A stretch of DNA of 64,000 bases from positions 35,735-99,734 of the forward strand of contig JACKFK010000010.1 of assembly GCA_020632515.1 (NCBI GenBank), in the 5' to 3' direction. Of this stretch, positions 53,669-60,774 are shown piece after piece (position 1 is the first letter of the stretch; each line of letters begins with the position of its first letter). This DNA comes from Candidatus Omnitrophota bacterium (GTDB lineage: Bacteria; Omnitrophota; Gorgyraeia; Zapsychrales; Zapsychraceae). Both the position numbers and the translations under genes were made by a program. The notes below the pieces were generated by a model. The model was given only the letters and a program-made list of their open reading frames with translations. It searched no databases and was not told the origin of the DNA.

Positions 53669-54880
53669 TTACTCTTTCGATATCAGTTTACCGGATTCAT
53701 CATACGCCTTGCGGCTTTCACGAACACCTTCTTTATAACGATCTTCAAACGCAAGCACCCCGTTTTGATAATATAATTTATTTACACCGTCTTTTTGCCC
53801 GTTTTTATAATTTTCCTCACTCATCAATTCTCCGGTCTTATAATACGCTTTACTGCCTCCGAAAAGTTGTCCGTCTTTAATCTTCCATTCCTGTTTTAAC
53901 TGGCCTGTTTGATAATATTCCCTTAAAAATCCATCGCGGTCATCATTCGTATAAGTCCGCGTCACCCACAATGAACCATTATCAAAAAATTCTTTGGACG
54001 TTCCCGATTCTTCTCCTTTTTTATATTCACGCTCTAAACTTAAAATTCCGTTTGGAAAATATTCTTTAAAAATCCCCTCTTTTAAATCATCCACATATTC
54101 TGCTTCGCTTTTAATTTTATTTTCCGGATAATATTCTTTAACGATCCCATGCAACTTTCCTTTTTTAAATTGCGCTTCCATCGCTAGATCGCCTTTTTCA
54201 TCATACGCCACACTAGGTCCGTCCATTTCATCGTTAACAAAATTCGCCTCCCACTTAATCTTACCGGAAGGATACAGAATCTTAGAGGCACCGTCACGCA
54301 ATCCATTTTTATAATTCCATTGCGCCTGCAAACGGCCGGTTTCATCGTACTCTAACACCAATCCATGCCATTCATCATCTTTATAATTAATTTCACTCTT
54401 AATCACATTATTTTCATAATATTCTTTACTAACCCCATCTAAACGGCCTTGATTGAAAAACATTTCATATTTCAAATTTCCATTTTCATAATAATATTTG
54501 CACAGCCCGTGCAATTTATCGGCTGCGAAGTTTTCTTCACTTTTTAAAGTACCGTCTTCGTAATATTCCTTGGCTTCCCCTTGCTGTAACCCATTACGAA
54601 AATTCTTGATAAAATAAAGCTGGCCGCTTTCATAATAAGTTTTATAAACCCCATCTAAACGGTCAGCGCGATACGTTCCTTCTGTCATCATCTTACCGTT
54701 TTCATAATACGTCCGGCTTAACCCATCCAGTAAATCTCCAAGATATTCGCGCTTCGCGCGCAGAGCCCCATCAGGATAGAATTCTTCTAAGGTTTTGATA
54801 TCCGCGCCATAGGCAGGATAGACGCTGGCCAGGCAAAGAAAGAAAAGATAAAAAATTGTGAAATATGAACGCTTCATCAT
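53669..54880 (-). CDS. MORN-variant / YwqK-family repeat protein, secreted (about 15 repeats)
   Basis: It has a signal peptide and repeated units of the form YYENG.LK.E..Y.....DG....YY. Confidence 0.75.
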   Translation of the reverse strand: MMKRSYFTIFYLFFLCLASVYPAYGADIKTLEEFYPDGALRAKREYLGDLLDGLSRTYYENGKMMTEGTYRADRLDGVYKTYYESGQLYFIKNFRNGLQQGEAKEYYEDGTLKSEENFAADKLHGLCKYYYENGNLKYEMFFNQGRLDGVSKEYYENNVIKSEINYKDDEWHGLVLEYDETGRLQAQWNYKNGLRDGASKILYPSGKIKWEANFVNDEMDGPSVAYDEKGDLAMEAQFKKGKLHGIVKEYYPENKIKSEAEYVDDLKEGIFKEYFPNGILSLEREYKKGEESGTSKEFFDNGSLWVTRTYTNDDRDGFLREYYQTGQLKQEWKIKDGQLFGGSKAYYKTGELMSEENYKNGQKDGVNKLYYQNGVLAFEDRYKEGVRESRKAYDESGKLISKE

Positions 54881-55147
54881 GAATAAAAATATGTAAAAAT
54901 TTTAATTAATTATATTTAGAGATATTCTAACAAATAACTTTATGAATTGGGAGAAATATTTGCTGAATATGGCAGGCATTTTCGAGGGGATAGGCAACTT
55001 CTAAATAACTCGACTACGCCAAATTTAAATGCAGTTAACTGCAAAAACCAGCTCTACCTTTTCTCATGGATTTACCCAATTGTAATTTTCGGCTTTGCTG
55101 AAGAAAAAAATCCTCCGTCTTTCAATGAAAGAAAAACGGAGGATTAC

Positions 55148-55235
55148 TGGCGGAGAGGCAGAGATTCGAACTCTGGAAGGGTTGCCCCTTAACGGTTTTC
55201 AAGACCGCCGCTTTCAACCGCTCAGCCACCTCTCC
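55148..55235 (-). tRNA. tRNA-Ser (anticodon TGA), CCA encoded
   Basis: The acceptor is GGAGAGG/CCTCTCC and the anticodon loop is CTTGAAA. It has a long variable arm and the T-loop AGTTCGAATCT. Confidence 0.9.
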
Positions 55236-55305
55236 AAATACAATAAACGACTGTTTTCTATATAGTTACAAAATAGTTACAAAACTTTTAACTCTTGACG
55301 CTTTT

Positions 55306-55604
55306 TTAGATTTTACCACTGGGGACTAAATTAGAACCAATACCATTGGTTTTTAATTTGAAACTTTGTCCAAGGACTTCAAGAGCCCGTTTTTTATGAT
55401 CCAGTGATACATGAGAATATCGCAAAGTCATTTTTATAGTTTTATGCCCCCCAACAATTCTCGAACAGTATTCAAATCTACTCCATTCATAACTAAATAT
55501 GATGCAAATGTATGTCTTAAATCATGAAAATGAAAATTATTTATACCACATCTTTTTAACGCTGTCGAGAAAGAAGTTCTAATAGTTTTTAAACTGTACC
55601 CCAT
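55306..55604 (-). pseudogene. Tyrosine integrase C-terminal fragment, frameshifted
   Basis: ...FHFHDLRHTFASYLVMNGVDLNTVRELLGG then, after a frame break at the G6/C6 run (55447-55452), KMTLRYSHVSLDHK. The N-terminal two thirds are missing. Confidence 0.75.
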
Positions 55605-55660
55605 TAACAAATGGAGTAATTTAAGGTAGAATTAGCTCACAACCAAAAGGAGCTGATTCT

Positions 55661-55747
55661 ATGAAAAAACGTAACTGGCAACCCAAAGAAAAATTTAAAA
55701 TTGTCCTTGAAGGTATGTCCGGACAAATCGAAATCACCAAACTTTAA
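55661..55747 (+). pseudogene. N-terminal 28 codons of an IS3-type orfA (second, different IS remnant)
   Basis: AAAGGAG upstream, then MKKRNWQPKEKFKIVLEGMSGQIEITKL*. It is cut off at its junction with the oppositely oriented IS3 fragment. Confidence 0.55.
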
Positions 55748-56170
55748 CAATCCACATCCTCTTCGAATACTTTGCCCAAGATGCTTTCGCCACCAATTCA
55801 CCACTTCTCGCTTCACCTCAGGCTTTAAAACTTTTTTCCGACAACCTCCTTTAAACATCTTATATCTAATGCCTGTTCTGCCACCATCACCTTTAACTTC
55901 TTATTCTCTGCTTCTAATTCTTTCAGTCTTTGTACATCTTTTCGTTCCATTCCTTCTAATCGATTCTTCCACTTATAATATGTTCTATCATTTATTCCAT
56001 TTTGCCGGCACGCCTCTTTTACTGGCATTCCTGCCTCAATCTCCTTCATCACTTTAATGATTTGTTCATCTGTAAATTTTCTCTTTATTGTCATCTCAAG
56101 CTCCTTTCGAGCTTGTTCTATCATATTTTTATCGTACCTTCAAGTGGTCCTATCAATGGGGGAAAGCCAA
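55748..56170 (-). mobile_element. Truncated IS3-family element (left end, orfA, start of orfB)
   Basis: The terminus is TGGCTTTCCCCCATTGATAGG. The A6G slippery motif lies at 55831-55837, at the orfA/orfB overlap. orfB breaks off after ...RRGCGLLK. Positions 55874-56170 are identical to 59546-59842. Confidence 0.8.
55825..56124 (-). CDS. IS3-family transposase OrfA (HTH plus leucine zipper)
   Basis: KRKFTDEQIIKVMKEIEAGMPVKEACRQNGINDRTYYKWKNR...LKELEAENKKLK. Confidence 0.85.
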   Translation of the reverse strand: MIEQARKELEMTIKRKFTDEQIIKVMKEIEAGMPVKEACRQNGINDRTYYKWKNRLEGMERKDVQRLKELEAENKKLKVMVAEQALDIRCLKEVVGKKF

Positions 56171-56267
56171 CTTGTAGGAAGCGAAATTAAGGCGCTTAAC
56201 GAGGGCTGTAGTTTGGGTAAGCAAAGAACAAAGCCAGTAACAAGAATTACTGGCTCAACACTGCTAA

Positions 56268-56612
56268 TTACCTACTTAATTTAGGGTTCACAGTTCTCAT
56301 GGCTTCAGAAGCACACGAAGAATTTCGATATAGTTCTTCTAACTCATCATCTGTCTTAGAAAATTTCTTGCCGTAATTCATGAAATATTTCTTAGGTAAG
56401 TTTGCATTTTGTTCATCAGTCTTAACTATTTTAAATTGTCCAGGATCAAAAGTACTGGGTGATTTAACTAGCTCAAATTGGTATATAAAGCCATCATCAT
56501 CACAAGCTTCATACTCATTATTTTCAACATCAATAGCTTCGAGATTACTCTCTACTTCTTTCGTAGAATTAAAAAGATAAATTTCATCTCCTGTTTCATT
56601 TACTATAATCAT
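56268..56612 (-). CDS. Putative immunity protein for the upstream Rhs toxin tip
   Basis: This small acidic ORF sits immediately downstream of the Rhs C-terminal domain. The assignment is positional only. Confidence 0.5.
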   Translation of the reverse strand: MIIVNETGDEIYLFNSTKEVESNLEAIDVENNEYEACDDDGFIYQFELVKSPSTFDPGQFKIVKTDEQNANLPKKYFMNYGKKFSKTDDELEELYRNSSCASEAMRTVNPKLSR

Positions 56613-56636
56613 TCTTTTCTCCTTAAATCAATGTTA

Positions 56637-57575
56637 TTAAAAACCTTCCCATGGGCGATGCCTTCCAATCCCTCCACCAGGTTTAGTTATTCCAGTTTTA
56701 GGGTCAACTATGCGACGATGATAATGGGGCAGCCGACCTAAAGGATTTGAACTATTTCTACTTCCAAAAGGATTAATTCGAAAATTTACTTTACCATCAT
56801 TCTTAAAAAATATTTCTCCCCCTTTTATCCCAGTTTTTATTCCAGCCTTGCTTGTTGCCTTTGCAATGCCTGCACCTCCAAGCGTTAACTCCGCACCTGT
56901 TGCAGTATATCCTCCTGCGGAATAGGCATTAGAACATTTATCGACGACATCATTAAATTCACCTATTTCTCGAATATAGTTTGTTCCTCCGAAGGTAATT
57001 GTATCTCCGAATCCTGCTGAAAAATTTGAAGAATCCCTAAGAAAATCATACCAAGAATACAATCCATATGGATCGATAAAATTTATAGGATTATTAAGTG
57101 TATATGCATAGAGATTCATCGAATCAAAATACCCCAATGGATCTCTTTGTAGGAACCGACCTATTAAGGGGTCGTACTGTCTCGCCCGGTAATAATAAAT
57201 CCCTGTCTCTTCATCCCATCTGCGTCCGGTAAACATATATGGGTTGTTAATGTTGCTGGTTGCTAGTTGCTGGTGGCTGGCATCAAAAATACTTGGATTC
57301 CCAAAAGCGTCGTAAGTGTAACTTTCAACAACAGCGCCTGTATTATCGGTCATTTCGGACACACTGCCCAGACCATCATAATGATAATAATAATCGTTAC
57401 TGCCGCGTTCCATCGTTAATACTTCATCAATGGAATCGCCCAGGACATATTCCGCGTTAAGACTGCCGGAAGAATCGTATTCCGCGATGACGGAATCATC
57501 ATTATAAACAAAATACGTTGTTACGCCATCTACTGTTTTGGAAATTCTTCGGTTAAACGCGTCATAAATGAGCAC
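56637..57575 (-). CDS. Orphan Rhs/YD-repeat C-terminal fragment with variable toxin tip
   Basis: It contains YD repeats (YDAFNRR, YTYDAFGN). The Rhs core ending is RARQYDPLIGRFLQRDPLGY...NLYAYTLNNPINFIDPYGL, followed by a unique tip of about 130 aa. The frame opens only 312 codons from its end, so there is no Rhs shell. Confidence 0.8.
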   Translation of the reverse strand: MLIYDAFNRRISKTVDGVTTYFVYNDDSVIAEYDSSGSLNAEYVLGDSIDEVLTMERGSNDYYYHYDGLGSVSEMTDNTGAVVESYTYDAFGNPSIFDASHQQLATSNINNPYMFTGRRWDEETGIYYYRARQYDPLIGRFLQRDPLGYFDSMNLYAYTLNNPINFIDPYGLYSWYDFLRDSSNFSAGFGDTITFGGTNYIREIGEFNDVVDKCSNAYSAGGYTATGAELTLGGAGIAKATSKAGIKTGIKGGEIFFKNDGKVNFRINPFGSRNSSNPLGRLPHYHRRIVDPKTGITKPGGGIGRHRPWEGF

Positions 57576-57981
57576 ATGACTTACAGAGCACGTAGTGCGA
57601 AGTAAGTCATTGGTGCGAATTTATCCCGAGGAGTAACCGGTTTTATGGATATAAAACCGATATGTATGACGAGGGATAGAGCTCTACACGTATTATCTAT
57701 TTTCCTTTTCTTGTGCAGCATCTCAAAGAGCATAAAAGTTATAAATCGAACCGATGTTTGGTTCGATTTTGTTATTTTAAGTCTGAAGGAGGAGTTGGTA
57801 AATAACAAACCCCAAATATCTTTTATTTGGGGTTATAACGTTAAACTTTAAATATCCCTTAAAAAATAAAAAATGTGTTTACTAAGTTTGAAGTTTTTAT
57901 TTTTTAGGGGTATTTAATTGGTTTTCTTTCCCTCTGTCTCCGTCAGGGTCTGTCCCGCTCTCTTCTTGATTTGAAGCAAAG

Positions 57982-58299
57982 CTAAAGATATGGCTCAACC
58001 CTATCCTTCAGAATTTTAACCAATTCTTCATCCATAAATTTAAATTTGTCTGGAATATCCAATGATATTAACCGTTGTCCCTTTAAATACTTTTTAAACT
58101 GGTTTTGAACTTTCTTTTTGTATTTACCTTCCATTACAAAGATTACTTCTGCCCATTCAATGTCCTCAGCACTAAGTTTAATTTCTGAATTATTATTTAG
58201 TCCAGCGGATTTAACCTCTAAATCCTCATATCCCGAGAATATCGCTTCTGCTGTTGGACTCCTTAATTTGTTTTCACCACAAATAAATAGTATCTTCAT
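57982..58299 (-). CDS. Small LMW-PTP/ArsC-fold phosphatase-like protein
   Basis: The N-terminal P-loop reads ILFICGENKLRSPTAE (C-x5-R-S). Confidence 0.65.
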   Translation of the reverse strand: MKILFICGENKLRSPTAEAIFSGYEDLEVKSAGLNNNSEIKLSAEDIEWAEVIFVMEGKYKKKVQNQFKKYLKGQRLISLDIPDKFKFMDEELVKILKDRVEPYL

Positions 58300-58306
58300 A
58301 GACTTA

Positions 58307-58341
58307 AAAAAACAGCGGGCCCAAATTAATAGGCCCGCTGA
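58307..58341 (-). terminator. Rho-independent terminator
   Basis: On the minus strand: CAGCGGGCC-tattaatttg-GGCCCGCTG followed by TTTTTTT. Confidence 0.75.
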
Positions 58342-58380
58342 GAATTTATATGTTGCATCACTCTCTAAAGTAGTATTTTC

Positions 58381-58559
58381 TTAATTCTCCATCATACTTT
58401 TTTGATTTCATGCAACACCGTTTAAAATAACCTCCCTGAACCGCATGGACAAGGATCTTTTCGTCCTAACTTCTCGAATAACTCCTTATTGCCATGTACT
58501 ATTCTGGTTCCTTTTTTGACGTTAGTCTCGGAAGGATATCCTCTTCTTCTTTTACTCAT
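58381..58559 (-). pseudogene. SEC-C-motif small protein, frameshifted
   Basis: [45 protein letters not shown]. The adjacent frame continues [18 protein letters not shown], so the CPCGSG..K(R/K)CC metal-binding motif is split. The span is 179 nt (3n-1). Confidence 0.55.
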
Positions 58560-58680
58560 CGGTTCGAAAAAACTTCGATTTCTTGTTTTTATTGTACCGT
58601 TTCATGATGCACCTCCTGTTTTACCGTTAACATGATTTGCCCGTCATGTCGTAGATAAAATATAACATATGAATCCAGAA

Positions 58681-59058
58681 TCAAACAAAGAAAAACCTAA
58701 TCACCGCAATACTAAGGGCGAATATATAGGCACTCCAAAAACTCGAAAATAAATACAATTTATCTTCTCTGTAATTCCTTTTACCATGCAGAAAGACGAA
58801 CAGCTTGCCGATCAAAACTGGCCCTATAATTACATTGATTATTCGAAGCGTCATATTAGCAATTAAATGCTCTTTGAGAATAAATAAGCTGATTATCCCT
58901 GCGATAATCCCTAAAAACATGCTCAATGAAAACGAGAATAATTGTGGGTTTTCCTTCTTCTTGAATCGAAGCCATTCAAAGGGCAATTCGGCGAGAATCT
59001 GGAAGAATATTTCACCGATGAGTTGGAATATTAGCTCAAGAATGAATTCCATAATCAA
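58681..59058 (-). CDS. Hypothetical membrane protein (4 TM)
   Basis: The hydrophobic profile supports it, and its start abuts the stop of the upstream gene. Confidence 0.45.
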   Translation of the reverse strand: MIMEFILELIFQLIGEIFFQILAELPFEWLRFKKKENPQLFSFSLSMFLGIIAGIISLFILKEHLIANMTLRIINVIIGPVLIGKLFVFLHGKRNYREDKLYLFSSFWSAYIFALSIAVIRFFFV

Positions 59059-59463
59059 TCAGTCCCCACAAACAAGGATTTGCTCCTTTTCCTCTTCGGC
59101 AATTCTTATCATCGAGTCTAATTTATCCAAAATTTCATTAAATCTCTTTTTATTTAATTTAGCATATAGCTTCTTTTCTTCTGGGAATGTCTGCTCACCC
59201 GTACAAACGTCCCAATTATCTGGCTGTACGGAAACCATTTCTCTTGCTTTTTCAATTAATGTCTTTAAATGAATGAAGCTTTCCGATTGAAAACAAGCAT
59301 CTTCATATAAATCAATGCTTAAACCTGTTCTCTCTTTCAACTCTTTGAATAAAGGATATAGAAACCAGTAATAACCTTCCTCATCATCTGTAAAAGTAAA
59401 GACTCGTTCCTCAAACCCTTGTCGTGGTTTTAAATCTTTTGTTATAATAAAATCTAATCCCAC
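59059..59463 (-). CDS. Hypothetical cytoplasmic protein (possible orphan immunity protein)
   Basis: It lies directly downstream of the truncated IS3 copy that appears to have replaced whatever preceded it. I recognised no motif. Confidence 0.4.
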   Translation of the reverse strand: MGLDFIITKDLKPRQGFEERVFTFTDDEEGYYWFLYPLFKELKERTGLSIDLYEDACFQSESFIHLKTLIEKAREMVSVQPDNWDVCTGEQTFPEEKKLYAKLNKKRFNEILDKLDSMIRIAEEEKEQILVCGD

Positions 59464-59545
59464 TTTTAACCTCGCTTTTTAAACAAAAAGTATGCTCCAT
59501 GCGAAAACGTCCATATGGAAAGAAAAATACATAAAAACCAAAATA

Positions 59546-59842
59546 TGTTCTGCCACCATCACCTTTAACTTCTTATTCTCTGCTTCTAATTCTTTCAGTC
59601 TTTGTACATCTTTTCGTTCCATTCCTTCTAATCGATTCTTCCACTTATAATATGTTCTATCATTTATTCCATTTTGCCGGCACGCCTCTTTTACTGGCAT
59701 TCCTGCCTCAATCTCCTTCATCACTTTAATGATTTGTTCATCTGTAAATTTTCTCTTTATTGTCATCTCAAGCTCCTTTCGAGCTTGTTCTATCATATTT
59801 TTATCGTACCTTCAAGTGGTCCTATCAATGGGGGAAAGCCAA
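59546..59842 (-). mobile_element. Second truncated IS3 left-end copy (297 bp identical to 55874-56170)
   Basis: Base-by-base comparison shows identity. The chimeric ORF 59479-59796 shares its first 83 residues with OrfA and then diverges. Confidence 0.85.
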
Positions 59843-60005
59843 TAAAAAGAAACGGGCGAGAATACCTGAGGGGTATGATCTCGCCCGTAAATCGTGCACG
59901 ATTTCCAGTTTAAAATCTTGTTCTGTTTCCCCTCAGGTTTTTTGCTCTCCTTAGTTATCGCTCGAATTGCCGAGAATGGCAACACCTTTTTTATATCAAC
60001 GGAGT

Positions 60006-60467
60006 TTACAGTCCAAGCAAATCCCAGCGATCCAAATATTGCTTTTCTTCGTCCCTAAACTTTCGCATGGGATTGTCTTTGTGCTTTTGCCCTTTACGCC
60101 CCGGAGTTGCCAACCATTCCTTGTGAAACTTCTTTGAAAACTCTGCCACCTTTTTGCTCGGGACGACGTAATAGCTTGGCGCTTCCCCATAGTTGAGATT
60201 TACAAAGACATAAAATAAATTGTCTGCATGGTAATCTTCCGACTTTATGCCAAGCATCCATTCTTTTGAATTCCCCTGATTGGTTTTAACCTGAATCGCC
60301 GCTGATTTGGTCGCATCTTCATTCGTCACCAAAACATCTACGCCTCGTGAATTTCTGAGCGTAATGCTGGCAATATAACCTCGTCTCGAAAGCTCTCCAG
60401 CACAAAGATATTCGCCTGCGACACCACTTAAAATTGAACTTAACTTTTCTTTAACCATATACGTCAT
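60006..60467 (-). CDS. PD-(D/E)xK (Hjc/restriction-endonuclease-like) nuclease candidate
   Basis: AGEYLCAGELSRRGYIASI..SRGVDVLV....AAIQVKT gives the E...D...(Q)xK arrangement seen in archaeal Hjc-like folds. Confidence 0.55.
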   Translation of the reverse strand: MTYMVKEKLSSILSGVAGEYLCAGELSRRGYIASITLRNSRGVDVLVTNEDATKSAAIQVKTNQGNSKEWMLGIKSEDYHADNLFYVFVNLNYGEAPSYYVVPSKKVAEFSKKFHKEWLATPGRKGQKHKDNPMRKFRDEEKQYLDRWDLLGL

Positions 60468-60529
60468 CCAATCTGAATGTAGACGATCCTCTGTAGATAT
60501 ATCGCCTACACAATGGGATTATATGCTAT

Positions 60530-60769
60530 ATGGTTAAAGCGTTCAAGCGTAAAAAGATATGTATTAATTTCGGTGAGATTGTTCGTGCAAAACGTCACAA
60601 GCTCGGATTGTCTCAAGAGGCTTTTGCTGAACATGCTGACCTACATCGTACGTATATCAGCGATATTGAATTAGGTAAGGTTGATGTTGGAATTAGCGTT
60701 GCCCAAAAAGTTGCGAAAGCTTTGAAAACACCATTGAGTAAACTTATCAAAGACATAGAAAGTAAGTAG
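60530..60769 (+). CDS. XRE-family HTH transcriptional regulator
   Basis: IVRAKRHKLGLSQEAFAEHADLHRTYISDIELGK is a canonical Cro/C1 HTH. Confidence 0.85.
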   Translation: MVKAFKRKKICINFGEIVRAKRHKLGLSQEAFAEHADLHRTYISDIELGKVDVGISVAQKVAKALKTPLSKLIKDIESK

Positions 60770-60774
60770 CCTGT

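Noticed and set aside
55701-56190. Plus-strand ORFs (118 and 62 aa) antisense to IS3 orfA, duplicated at 59674-59954
   Set aside because: They are shadow ORFs of the IS3 orfA sequence. Their duplication simply reflects the 297-bp repeat.
57581-57851. 75-aa and 68-aa ORFs upstream of the Rhs fragment
   Set aside because: The region is AT-rich and hairpin-dense (aaatcgaacc/ggttcgattt, ccccaaat/atttgggg). The ORFs overlap each other on opposite strands and have no motifs. They are probably non-coding debris at the truncation point of the rhs gene.
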